Below, one piece after another: positions 41,903-59,510 of a stretch of 64,000 nucleotides of DNA. This DNA comes from Eledone cirrhosa (Eukaryota), in NCBI GenBank assembly GCA_964016885.1, contig CAXHJY010000126.1, positions 1-64,000 on the forward strand, read 5' to 3'. The translations under genes were made by a program, and so were the position numbers. Each line of letters starts with the position of its first letter. Positions within the stretch are counted from its first letter, which is position 1. The notes beneath the pieces were generated by a model. It was given only the letters and a program-made list of their open reading frames with translations. It was not told the origin of the DNA and did not search any database.

Positions 41903-42099
41903 ATATATATATATATATATGACATATATATATATATATATATATGACATATATATATATATATATATATGATATATATATATATATATATATGACATAT
42001 ATATATATATATATATATATGACATATATATATATATATATATATATGATATATATATATGGTATATATATATATATATATATGATATATATATATATA

Positions 42100-42138
<39 letters not shown>

Positions 42139-42191
42139 CTATATATATATATATATATATGATATATATATGATATATATATATATATATA

Positions 42192-42226
<35 letters not shown>

Positions 42227-42260
42227 ATATATATATATATATATGATATATATATATATA

Positions 42261-42315
<55 letters not shown>

Positions 42316-42417
42316 ATATATATATATATATCATATATATATATATATATGATATATATATATATATATATGATATATATATATATATATATGATATATA
42401 TATATATATATGATATG

Positions 42418-42453
<36 letters not shown>

Positions 42454-42758
42454 ATATATATGATATATATATGATATATGATATATATATATGATATATG
42501 ATATATATATATGATATATATATATATATATGATATATATATATATGATATATATATATGATATATGATATATGATATATGATATATATATATATATATA
42601 TATGATATATATATATGATATATATATATATGATATATATATATGATATATATATATATGATATATATATATGATATATATATATATATGATATATATAT
42701 ATGATATATGATATATATATATGATATATGATATATGATATATATATATATATATATG

Positions 42759-42789
<31 letters not shown>

Positions 42790-43113
42790 ATATATATATG
42801 ATATATATATATGATATATATATATATGATATATATATATGATATATATATATATATGATATATATATATATGATATATATATATATATATGATATATAT
42901 GTGATATATATATGATATATATATATGTGATATATATATGATATATATATATATATGTGATATATATATGATATATATATATGATATATATATATATACG
43001 TGATATATATATGATATATATATATGATATATATATATATATGTGATATATATATGATATATATATATGTTATATATAATATAAGATCAAAAGATGGTTA
43101 AAGGAGTTCCATA

Positions 43114-43184
43114 TATTTTATTATGCGCATTTCAAAAACAAACATCATCAAGCAATAATATTTGTGTTTTCATCAGATAAAACA
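43114..43184 (-). ncRNA. Type-I hammerhead ribozyme in PLE pLTR
   Basis: tgttttat CTGATGA aaacacaaatattatt..gatgatgtttgttttt GAAA tgcgca TA ataaaata; stem III palindrome ATGCGCAT. Confidence 0.85.
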
Positions 43185-44180
43185 GGAGAACATGATATGA
43201 AGGCTAAAAAACACTTGTGGATAGTGCAGTTTTAAATCAACATATGAAAAATGGTTTTAGATTGATGTGTGATATTGGGAAAAATATTTCATTTAGAGAG
43301 GGGGGGAAGGATGAAAGGGGAGGAGATGAGAGGGAGAGATGGGTGATAGAGAGAAAGAGATAGTTTTTATAACTGAGAGGAGATATATTTTTTACAAAGA
43401 GAGGTTGAAATCCGTTGGAAGATACTGTATAAATTAAAGATTTTGAAAATTAACGAAGGGAGGATATGTGCGAGGAAAAATATTTTATTTAGGGAGGGGG
43501 GGGGTGGAAAGGATGAAAAAAATGGGGGAGGAGATGAGAGTGAAGGTGGAGAGGGAGAGATGGGTGATAGAGAGAAATAGATAGTTTTTATAACTGAGAA
43601 AAAGATATATTGTTTTAATATAGAGAGGTTGGGAACCGTTGGAAGATAATGTATAAATTAAAGGAATTTGAAAATTAACGAAGGGAAATTATGTATGAAG
43701 ATAGAGAGAAAAAAATAATAATTGTGGGTGAATATTCTAACGTCAAAAGAAGAAATGTATGTATTGTGGCAATTTCAAAATTAGCGAAGAGAAAAATTGT
43801 TAAGGTTTGTGTGTAGAAGGATTTGAGAAAAATAATGTGAAGTTAAAGTTTGTATATGATATGTGGGAATAAAGAGTTAATATGTATTAATAATGAGTTC
43901 GTTGATGGGGAGAAAAAAATAATAATAATAATAAAATAAGGATGAAATTGAGATTAAAAAGATTTATGATAGAGAGAAAAAATAATAATGATTGCGGATG
44001 AATATTCAAATGACAAAAACAAATGCTATGATTTTACGAGAAGATAGAATGAGGGTAATGAGTAAACGAGTATTATAGAGTGTATAATGCCCTTTAAAGT
44101 AAGGTAGATGGGTATATTTTAAAGAGGTGTATGTATATGTGCCTTTGAGAAAAGATTCTAAATTGATAAAGAATTGAATA

Positions 44181-45770
44181 TTAACTGTATACTTTGTGAA
44201 AAGTTCTATGGAATTTATGCAGGCAGATAGAAAACAAATCTGAGCGTCTATTTATTATAGAATCTAGGTTAGAGATAATGGTAAATTTTTCATTTAGGCA
44301 GAGATTACAGATTTTAGATAGAGAGCTGTTCAAGTATGAGGATGCAGAAGAAATCTTCTTCCAAAAGATGGTATATTTAATGTTTTTGTCTTTTAAGGAC
44401 CATATGAGTTCTGAGAGAGCAGTGTTAGTTCTTTTAAGTTTGTATTTGAAAGATGAATGATGATTATAGAGACGAGCTTTAAAAGAGGTGGAAGTGGAGC
44501 CAAAATAGGTGAAGGAATTGGTGCTAGTTATAATTTTACATTCATAAATTAAGTTTTTATCGAGGCAATGGTTGTTGAGAGGACATTTATTTTTAATGCG
44601 GCAGTTGCAATTAGAGAGATTATTAATGAGTGATCTAGTGTTATCTATAGAAGGAATTGGATTGGAGAAGTTGTTTGCGATAGGAATAATAGGAATAATA
44701 GTTTCTTGATTTAGAGTTGCATTATGAACATATAGCGAAGTTGTGTTTGACGTTGTATTTGGGTTTACAGAAGTTAGCCTAGGGTTTACAATGACGTCGG
44801 GAGTACTATTACTGTTATTATGAAATTCAATATTGGAAGGAAGAGATTTAGTATTTAATATTTTGTTGTTGTGTTTAGAGATGATGTTGGAAATATTGGA
44901 GGATGTAGAATACGAAAATTTGATGGTGTGTTTGTTAAATATTTTACTATAGATATGTGAGGGAGGGAAGCATTTATTTAAGGCACTAAAAAATAATTTA
45001 GGAATATTGTTATTAATAGAGATGGAGAAAGGAGCATTATACCAGATTATGTTTTTGTATCTAGGTCTTTTATTAAAATTATTGGAATGGTTATGATTAA
45101 TTATTCTACTGTAAGTTTTTCTAGAATTTGTTTCTTTATTATATTTGATTTTATCTGGATAGCCGGCTTTAGAAAGTGCGTTATTATAGTAATTAGCGTT
45201 AGCATCAAAGATGTTTTTATTAGAAGATATGTTAGATATTCTATTTCCAATATTATTAACTATAGCATTCTTGATATTGGTAGGATGGTTAGATTTAAAG
45301 TTAACATAATTAAGGTTCTCATTTTTTCTATGGTAAGGGTAATATAGGCCAGTGTCAAGATTAAGAGATACATCCAAGAAATTAGCTAGTTTGATACTAT
45401 TATCAAATTCAATTTTTAGGTTATGTTGGTTAAAGAGATTACGTATATTGTTCTTAATAATATTAAGTTTAACTATATTGCAATTTAGGATAGTAAAGAG
45501 TCCATCGTCACGATAAATTCCACCGCGAAGTTGAGGAATTTTCCGACTCAAAGAGTTCAAAATGAAGATACCAATTAAATCAGTCAATTGGGATGAATCG
45601 GATGCTCCCATTGTGATGTCGAAGTTGTTAGAGGTATCGGCTCTGGTCCAATATTCGTTGTTGAACTCTAGGATGGTTTTACGTGCGGTGAGGATGATGT
45701 GAAGTTCATCTGTGGTGATGTCAGAATATTTAAGTGCGAAAGATAGAGCATTATTTATAAGCCAATTACT
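44181..45770 (-). CDS. PLE polyprotein, 5'-truncated: reverse transcriptase + GIY-YIG endonuclease
   Basis: ITMGASDS, IYRDDG, NFLDV, YHRK..HP (RT); CNCRIKNKCPLNNHC, LIY..YFGST..FKARLYNH, CNLCLNEK, CLH. The start codon in the track comes from the inversion junction. Confidence 0.92.
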   Translation of the reverse strand, partial: SNWLINNALSFALKYSDITTDELHIILTARKTILEFNNEYWTRADTSNNFDITMGASDSSQLTDLIGIFILNSLSRKIPQLRGGIYRDDGLFTILNCNIVKLNIIKNNIRNLFNQHNLKIEFDNSIKLANFLDVSLNLDTGLYYPYHRKNENLNYVNFKSNHPTNIKNAIVNNIGNRISNISSNKNIFDANANYYNNALSKAGYPDKIKYNKETNSRKTYSRIINHNHSNNFNKRPRYKNIIWYNAPFSISINNNIPKLFFSALNKCFPPSHIYSKIFNKHTIKFSYSTSSNISNIISKHNNKILNTKSLPSNIEFHNNSNSTPDVIVNPRLTSVNPNTTSNTTSLYVHNATLNQETIIPIIPIANNFSNPIPSIDNTRSLINNLSNCNCRIKNKCPLNNHCLDKNLIYECKIITSTNSFTYFGSTSTSFKARLYNHHSSFKYKLKRTNTALSELIWSLKDKNIKYTIFWKKISSASSYLNSSLSKICNLCLNEKFTIISNLDSIINRRSDLFSICLHKFHRTFHKVYS

Positions 45771-46589
45771 ATAATAACGCACTTTCTAAAGCCGGCTATC
45801 CAGATAAAATCAAATATAATAAAGAAGACAAATTCTAGAAAAACTTACAGTAGAATAATTAATCATAACCATTCCAATAATTTTAATAAAAGACCTAGAT
45901 ACAAAAACATAATCTGGTATAATGCTCCTTTCTCCATCTCTATTAATAACAATATTCCTAAATTATTTTTTAGTGCCTTAAATAAATGCTTCCTCCCCTC
46001 ACATATCTATAGTAAAATATTTAACAAACACACCATCAAATTTTCGTATTCTACATCCTCCAATATTTCCAACATCATCTCTAAACACAACAACAAAATA
46101 TTAAATACTAAATCTCTTCCTTCCAATATTGAATTTCATATAACTGAGAAAAAGATATATTAAAACAATATATCTTTTTCTCAGTTATAAAAACTATCTC
46201 TTTCTCTCTATCACCCATCTCTCCCTCTCCACCTTCACTCTCATCTCCTCCCCCCTTTTTTTCATCCTCCCCCCCCCCTCCCTAAATAAAATATTTTTCC
46301 TCGTACATATCCTCCCTTCGTTAATTTTCAAAATTTTTAATTTATACAGTATCTTCCAACGGTTTTCAACCTCTCTTTGTAAAAAATATATCTCCTCTCA
46401 GTTATAAAAACTATCTCTTTCTCTCTATCACCCATCTCTCCCTCTCATCTCCTCCCCTTTCATCCTTCCCCCCCTCTCTAAATAAAATATTTTTCCCAAT
46501 ATCACACATCAATCTAAAACCATTTTTCATATGTTGATTTAAAACTGCACTATCCACAAGTGTTTTTTAGCCTTCATATCATGTTCTCC

Positions 46590-46660
46590 TGTTTTATCTG
46601 ATGAAAACACAAATATTATTGCTTGATGATGTTTGTTTTTGAAATGCGCATAATAAAATA
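46590..46660 (+). ncRNA. Type-I hammerhead ribozyme (right pLTR copy)
   Basis: Reverse complement of 43114-43184. Confidence 0.85.
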
Positions 46661-46861
46661 TATGGAACTCCTTTAACCATCTTTTGATCTTATATTATGC
46701 ATACTCCAGTCCCACAAACTGTAGAGTGCTTCTTATCCGATATCTGCATTGCTTTATTGTACTACAATAAAACTCACCTCCTACATATGATATATATATA
46801 TATATATGTGATATATATATGATATATATATGTGATATATATATATATATGATATATATAT

Positions 46862-48115
46862 CTATCTATCTAGGGCTGGTAAAATTCCCGAGATCCATGG
46901 ACGAGTTCTCTCCAGCGGTCTCTGTCCCTCATTATCGCTGCCATGTCCTGCGTCTCCAACAGACCAGTGTTTGACCTTAGGGCATCAACATAGCGTTAAC
47001 CTTGGTCTTCCTCTTCTAGTGTGTCCATGTAGGGGCTCCCAAATAAGTACTGAGTGCAATGTCAATTCTGGATGTCGGGGAGCATGTCCAGCTAACCTCA
47101 GTCTCCACTGTGTCACTTTTGAGCTGACTTTTGGGATGCTCCCATACAGCTCTGAGTTTTTCATCCTCAGTGTATACTGATTAATGTTCAGAGCCATCCT
47201 CAGCATTCTCGTGTAGCACCCATCCACCATCTGAGTGAGTTTCTTGGTCAGTGTCCAAGTCTCAGACCCATACAGCAGCACAGACTCCACTACAGCAATG
47301 AAGAGGCGGATCTTCGGGTCTCTACGAAGGTCCGACTTCCACACCGATCTCAAGCTGTGGCACGCCGCCCAGGCCTTGCTCTTCCTCTCAACCACCTTCA
47401 CATCCTGATGCTGAGGATATATGATATATATATATATGATATATATATATATCTTCACTACCTTCAGAGAGGGTAGATCAACCACCAGTCACGTCCTGAT
47501 GCTGAGGAGGATATTAGAGGGAGCTAGAGCAAAGTGCCTTCCTGCGGTCATGGTTTTCATTGACTTTAGGAAGGCCTTTGATTCTGTGGACCGTTACTGC
47601 CTGATGAAGATCTTACAGGCTTATGGAATCCCCAAGAAGATAGTGGACCTGATATCACTGCTCTACACCAACACCAAAGCCCAAGTCATTACGCCTGATG
47701 GGATGACAGAGTTCTTTGAGATACTGGCTGGAGTGCTCCAGGGAGATACATTGGCTCCCTACCTTTTTGTCATCGTAGTGGACTATTGTATGCGCTTTGC
47801 ACTGGAGAAACACCAGGACTCTGGCTTTACTGTAGCACCGGCTCAGAGCAGGAGAGTTAGGGCGAAAAAGGTATCGGATGCTGAATTTGCCGACGACATA
47901 GTTTTGGTGACAAATACAGTGAAGGAGGCAGAGGATTTGATGCGGGAGGTTGAGACTGTGTCGATGAGTGTGGGGCTGAGAATGAATGAGACTAAAAAAA
48001 ATATCTGGTAGAGAATGTTGAGAAGCCAGAGGGGATCACTAATGTAGGCGGGAAGCCACTGGAATTGGTTGAGGACTTCTTGTATTTGGGAGCAAAGATT
48101 GGGAATACGGAAGAT
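46862..48115. mobile_element. 5'-truncated, internally inverted RTE-clade LINE
   Basis: Minus 46862-47395 is the 3' end (VLLYGSETW, RLRLAGH, RGRP, (TAGA)n tail). Plus 47452-48115 is RT (DFRKAFDSV, GVLQGDTLAP, FADD). Confidence 0.9.
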
Positions 48116-49092
48116 TTATATATATGATATAAATATATGATATATATATATGATATATATATATATGATATATATACATATATTATATATATGATATATA
48201 TATATATGATATATATATATATATGATATATATATATATATGATATATATGTGATATATATATGATATATATATGATATATATATATATGATATATATGT
48301 GATATATATATATGATATATATGTGATATATATATGATATATATATATGATATATATATATATATGTGATATATATATATATATATATGATATATATATA
48401 TGATATATATATATGATATATATATATGATATATATATATGATATATATATATGATATAAATATATGATATATATATATGATATATATATATATGATATA
48501 TATATATGATATATATATATATGATATATATATATGATATATATATATATGATAAATATATATGCATGATATATATATATATATATGATAAATATATATG
48601 CATGATATATATATATATATATGATAAATATATATGCATAATATATATATATATATATATATGATATATATGATATATGATATATATATATATATGATAA
48701 ATATATATGCATAATATATATATATGATATATATATATGATATATATATATATGATATATGCATAATATATATATATATATGATAAATATATATGCATAA
48801 TATTTACATATATATATATGATAGATATATATGCATAATATTTATATATATATTTATGATAAATATATATGCATTATATATATATATATTTATGATAAAT
48901 ATATATGCATAATATTTACATATATATATATGATAGATATATATGCATAATATTTATATATATATTTATGATAAATATATATGCATTATATATATATATA
49001 TTTATGATAAATATATATGCATTATATATATATATATATATGATATATATATATGCATAATATATATATATATATATGATATATATATATGC

Positions 49093-49301
<209 letters not shown>

Positions 49302-49303
49302 TA

Positions 49304-49336
<33 letters not shown>

Positions 49337-49366
49337 TGCATAATATATATATATGTATATATATGC

Positions 49367-49422
<56 letters not shown>

Positions 49423-49652
49423 GCATATATATATATATATATATATGATATATATATATGCATTATATATATATATGATATATATATATATATATGTGAT
49501 ATATATATGATATATATATATGATATATATATATGATATATATATATATATATGTGTGTGATATATATATGATATATATATGTGATATATATATATATAT
49601 GATATATATATGTGATATATATATATATATGATATATATATGTGATATATAT

Positions 49653-50391
49653 ATCTATCTATCTAGGGCTGGTAAAATTCCCGAGATCCATGGACGAGTT
49701 CTCTCCAGCGGTCTCTGTCCCTCATTATATATATATATGCATGTAGGGGCTCCCAAAGGAGTACTGAGTACAATGTCAACTCTGGATGTCGGTGAGCATG
49801 TCCAGCTAACCTCAGTCTCCTCTGTGTCTCTTTTGAGCTGAATTTTGGGATGCTCCCATACAGTTCTGAGTTTTTCATCCTCAGTGTATACTGATTAATG
49901 TTCAGATCCATCCTCAGCATTCTCGTGTAGCACCCATCCACCATCTGAGTGAGTTTCTTGGTCAGTGTCCAAGTCTCAGACCCATACAGCAGCACAGACT
50001 CCACTACAGCAATGAAGAGGCGGATTTTCAGGTCTCTACGAAGGTCCGACTTCCACACCGATCTCAAGCTGTGGCACGCCGCCCAGGCCTTGCTCTTCCT
50101 CTCAACCACATCATCTTCCGTATTCCCAATCTTTGCTCCCAAATACAGGAAGTCCTCAACCAGTTCCAGCGGCCTCCCGCCTACATTAGTGATCCCCTCT
50201 GGCTTCTCAACATTCTCTACCAGATATTTTGTTTGGACACACTGGAAGAGGAAGACCAAGGTTAACGTATGTTGATGCCCTAAGGACAGACACTGGTCTG
50301 TTGGAGATGCAGGATATGGCAGCGATAATGAGGGACAGAGACCGCTGGAGAGAACTCGTCCATGGATCTCGGGAATTTTACCCGCCTTAGA
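49653..50391. mobile_element. Second rearranged copy of the same RTE family
   Basis: Minus 49653-49726 and 49739-50232, then plus-strand 3' end 50234-50391; high identity to 46862-48115. Confidence 0.88.
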
Positions 50392-50455
50392 CATATATGC
50401 ATAATATATATATATATGCATAATATATATATATATATATGATATATATATATAC

Positions 50456-50499
<44 letters not shown>

Positions 50500-50570
50500 T
50501 AATATATATATATATATATATATGCATAATATATATATATATATATATATGCATAATATATATATATATA

Positions 50571-51906
50571 TCATAATCTATAAAGCTCAGTGTATTGTCA
50601 CATTTCTTTTTTATAGAAACCTACGATATAGAATTTCTTCAATTGAAATTTACAATTCAGTATTCGAAATAGCTTCGATTGGATCATGGCACATATATGA
50701 TTTTCAATTTCACCCACAATTACGCAAAAAATCAATAAAACTCAATATTTTACGATCGACCTCTCTCATTTCAACTGCTAAATTATTTCCATTACCCTTC
50801 AAAATCTATACAACTTCATACTTACTGCTACTTTCTCTTTCCAAGCTGAAACAACTATTCTTTTCATTTTACATTGTTCATGTTGATGGTGATACTGTCC
50901 GTTTTACTCTCTCACTCATACACTTTACAGACTAAACAACAAAACATTAGCCACATTAACGTACAATTTCGTTTATTCTAAATGTGAGTCTTCAAACTGA
51001 TTTATTTATTTGCAAACATACAAACACACACTCACATCAAATGAATAATTAAACTTTAAATCAATTTAACCCCGTGCCGGATTTCTAATCACACATACAC
51101 ACTTCATTAACAAATAAAAATTCTAATTTGCGACAATTATTTTCTTTCAATCGTAAAATCAAACGACATAATTATTTTCATTTTAGGTTGTTAATCTTCA
51201 TGTCGATAATACTACCCTTCCAATTCACATCATGTGAGTTAACAAATAATTTTTTAAAACACTATTCGCAGACTTCCTTAAACAACAAGATCAATTGCGT
51301 AGCCGGTATTCATTATGTAGCCGGTAAAGCTATGTAGCAGGTAAAAGGCTATGTAGTCAGTACGATGTTATATAGCATGAAAAGTTTATATAACCGGTAA
51401 ATGTTATGTCGCCGTTAGCATGTGTGTGTGTGTATGTGTATTACCGTCAATACACACGTGTGTGTGTGCGTTTTTCAATGTAGTTTTCGTTAACAATGAC
51501 GAGAGTACAATTCAATTTCTCATTCAATTTCTCATTCTTAACTGCTAGGGACGTTCACAGGTTCATTAAGTACTTTCAGTAAGGAATAAAAAATTAGGGA
51601 TTGAACACAAAACCACGACATAAACAGGCACCAACAAACGTTTTCTTTGTCCTGTCAAAGAGTGATTGATCCTATCCCTTTCACCTACGACCTCAGTTAG
51701 GTCAGGCGAAAGTCAAATAGACAGGGGATCACCTATGTAGGTACAAACCCTGCTGCGGTATGTCTATTTTTCTAGCTGCAACCATATTATATATACGGTA
51801 GTTAACATAGACCATGATACACCAGGCCTGCAAACCAAACGAGATGGAATATTCATTATAATACATCAGTTCCTCAGCCCCGAGCAGCGCCGGGCACTTC
51901 TGCTAG
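50571..51906 (+). mobile_element. Non-autonomous Helitron
   Basis: 5' A|TC; 3' hairpin cccg-agcagcgc-cggg then CTAG|T; no TSD; internal tatgtagccggtaaa-type repeats at 51296-51410. Confidence 0.75.
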
Positions 51907-56132
<4,226 letters not shown>

Positions 56133-56293
56133 TTCTTGTGTATAATGGTAGCTATGGTGCTTCCATAGGCGGTATGCCAAAATTAGCACTCAATATTCGG
56201 CGAAACAATTGTAACACGCAATAAATTGAGTCCAGATGCATCACTGATTTTTCGTTTTTTTATACTATATATATATATATATATAGATAGATA

Positions 56294-56886
56294 GATAAAA
56301 ACAAATAACGAAACGAAATTAAATTTCGTTTCGCTTCTAACTCACTTTTGTATGACTGACGCTTAAACAATTAAGTCAAAGTGTACATCTACATATGTAT
56401 ACGGAAGTATTAGTATGCATATAAATACACATATGTATACATATGTACATGTACCGAGCTTTTCACTAGACACTTTGCAGTGAGTGTCTAGCTAGTCTGT
56501 ATGTAAACACACAGACGAACCGGGTTTTAAAGTCATACGGGTTTTCAAGGAAACACACTTCCTCTATCCTCCAGAGAGCCAGACAGGAATATTGGACTAG
56601 TTTCGATGTTATTACATCTCATCAGCAATATATACCTATCTTCTGGCTTCTCCGGAGAATTGTAAAAGCACATATCGTTATATGCTTTTTCTATGAAAAT
56701 CAGTAGTGGGCAGACTAATTTGCATAGAACGTGAGTCATTGTACGCGCCGGTTCAGCGGAAACGATAAAAACAAATAACGAAACGAAATTAAATTTCGTT
56801 TCGCTTCTAACTCACTTTTGTATGACTTACGCTTAAACATACTAATACTTCCGTATACATATGTAGATGTACACTTTGACTTAATT
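56294..56886. mobile_element. (TA)n-flanked insert with direct and inverted terminal blocks
   Basis: Direct repeat 56294-56369 / 56764-56839; inverted repeat 56369-56418 / 56838-56886. Confidence 0.6.
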
Positions 56887-57364
56887 ATATATAGATAGAT
56901 ATGTATGTATTATATATATATATAGATATGTATGTATTATATATATATATATAGATATGTATGTATAATATATATATATATAGATAGATATGTATAATAT
57001 ATATATATATATAGATATGTATGTATAATATATATATATATATATATAGATATGTATGTATAATATATATATATATATATATAGATATGTATGTATAATA
57101 TATATATATATATATATAGATATGTATGTATAATATATATATATATATATATAGATATGTTTGTATAATATATATATATATAATATATATATATGTATGG
57201 TGTGTGTGTGTCGATGCAATGATAACAATAATTATACTGTTCTTACAAGTTAGGCTCCTGGCTGGGAATATTGTATTACAATTAATCCTATGCGTGAGCT
57301 CCAAATGAATTTATTGAGCAAATTGTAAATAAGGAGACCGAAATCACTGTATATCGATTTAAAC

Positions 57365-57433
<69 letters not shown>

Positions 57434-57819
57434 TGTGTGTGTCTGTGTGTGTGTGTGTGTGTGTTTAGAATGCCGCAGTATTTAAATTTAAAACATGCAA
57501 AGATTAACTAAATGAGCATTCAATATTGATGGGTAGGATTAAGATATTTATTATTTTTAAGCGGAAAAGTGGCAGTGACTTCGAATTTTGAGCTTCGTCG
57601 CTTCACCTAGCTGTATAGAAATATTTATACATATGTACTAATGGCCCACAGTATGTGAGATCAAAGGTTTTAAATATTTGATAAGAAAGGCGTACTAATC
57701 GAACCCGGTAATATTTAACTTAACAAAATTAAATTTTAATGTAACAGTTATACAATTATTAATTCTGTCGGATTTAAAAAAAGAGAAATTGTTAAATGAA
57801 CAAAACGTTTTTGCCAAGG

Positions 57820-58125
57820 CACCTTGCTCGAGTGAGCTGTGCGTTGTCATGATGCAGCTGCAAGTTTTGCGAGGCCTATTGATTCGGTCTCTTGCGCTGA
57901 ACTGTATCACAAAGTCGTCGTCGGAGTTCCTGAAAGTACTCTTTTGTAACTGTTTATCCTTTTAGTAAGTATTTATAATGCACAATAATCAAGGGAGTCG
58001 AACAATTCGCCACATGACGTGCTTTTGAAGGATTTGGTGATGAGGAATGCCACCTTTCTGATGACTTAAACTAAGTTTCTGGATTTTACCCGTACACCCA
58101 TGTCTTCTTGTCAGTTATCAGGATA
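57820..58125 (-). pseudogene. Decayed mariner (Tc1/mariner) transposase fragment
   Basis: ILITDKKTWVYG*NPET, IVHYKYL..TVTKEYFQELRRRLCDTVQRKRP..LQLHHDNA, matching the mariner motifs TGDETWVYGYDPET and LHHDNA. Confidence 0.8.
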
Positions 58126-58550
58126 TTTTTTGGCAGCGTGAACAAAGCGTAAATGTGAGAAGGGACACAGCACCTCGCGCGCTGGTTGCGTGACGGCAAC
58201 TGGCGCATCGAATGAAGTCTGTATGTGTGTATGAGTTGGATACAATTTAGTTTACAACATTTTGTTTCATAGAGTTTCATATATTTAGGCTATCCTTAGT
58301 GAATCCTTACACAATCCTCACACGTGAAAGTAGCATGAGAAATGCCAACCTTTCACTATCGAATTGACTCGAATTCACTAAGGGTTCCTTGTAGATATGA
58401 AACCTGAACTATCAAAATGGTGCAAAAATATCTATAAACAGCTTATTAAATATTTTCTTTAGACAAGATACTGAGTTCTTTTTTACGTTGTTCATTAAGT
58501 TACACCGCATACAAATACACACACACAATATATATATATATATATATATA

Positions 58551-59272
58551 GGAGGTGAGTTTTATTGTAGCACAATAAAGCAATGCAAATATCGGATAAG
58601 TAGCACTCTACAGTTTGTAGGACTGGAGTATAAATAATATAAGATCAAAAGATGGTTAAAAGAGTTCCAAGTATTTTATTATGCGTATTTCAAAAACAAA
58701 TATCATCATGGGATGATATCTGCGTTCTCATCAGATAAAATAGGGAGACATGATATGAAGCTTAAAAAACACTTGTGACCAGTGAAGTTTTAAATCAACA
58801 TATGAAAAATAAACTAAGATGGATATATGAGATTGGGAAAAAGTGAGGGGGGCTGGAAAAGGTAAGAGTAAAGGATGGTGGAGGAGGAGTATAAGAAGGA
58901 AGGATGAGAGAGGAGGAGAGATGGGTGATAGAGAGAGAGAGAGATAGTCTTTACAACTGAGAAAAAATATTGTCTCACAGAGAGAAATTTAAAAAGCCGT
59001 TGGAAGATAATAGATAATTTAAAAGATTTTGAAATTAAAAGTTAATGAGGTTTATGCATGAAGAAAAAGGAATTAAGAAAAGTATTAAATTAAGGTTTGT
59101 ATATTGAAGGGTTTAATAATATGTGCGAAGAAAAGAATTTATTAATATGTAGTCTTTATCATGTCTCCCTATTTTATCTGATGAGAACGCATATATCATC
59201 CCATGATGATATTTGTTTTTGAAATGCGCATAATAAAATACCTGGAACTCTTTTAACCATCTTTTGATCTTA
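58551..59272. mobile_element. Non-coding fold-back copy of PLE family F
   Basis: Diverged homolog of the 43080/46782 pLTR; inverted arms 58637-58755 and 59157-59272; HHRs at 58672-58742(-) and 59170-59240(+). Confidence 0.85.
59170..59240 (+). ncRNA. Type-I hammerhead ribozyme
   Basis: tattttat CTGATGA gaacgcatatatcatc-ccat-gatgatatttgttttt GAAA tgcgca TA ataaaata. Confidence 0.8.
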
Positions 59273-59295
59273 TATATATATATATATATATATAT

Positions 59296-59510
59296 AGTGG
59301 TAGAACACTGGAAGGTAATATCCGTAGTGGTAGAGCACTCAGTCCATGGGACGAGTTAGGTAGAAGTGGTTACACAACAGTTAGTTCGCCACACCGAGAA
59401 CAATTGATCAACCTTAGTGGATCCTCACCTCGTGATTACGAACTGAGGATCCGCTAAGGTGAAACAATTGTTCTCGGTATGGTGAACTAACTGTTGTGTA
59501 ACCACTTCTA
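59296..59510. mobile_element. (TA)n-flanked hairpin insert with HHR 3' half, family G
   Basis: Arms 59361-59427 and 59444-59510; GAAA caattg TT ctcggt with stem III palindrome ACAATTGT. Confidence 0.7.

Larger units (their letters stand above)
43080..46782 (-). mobile_element. Penelope-like element with inverted pseudo-LTRs (HHR family F)
   Basis: RT + GIY-YIG ORF on minus; inverted arms ~43080-43617 and 46161-46694; inverted ORF piece ~45765-46140; tail to 46782; (TA)n flanks. Confidence 0.92.
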
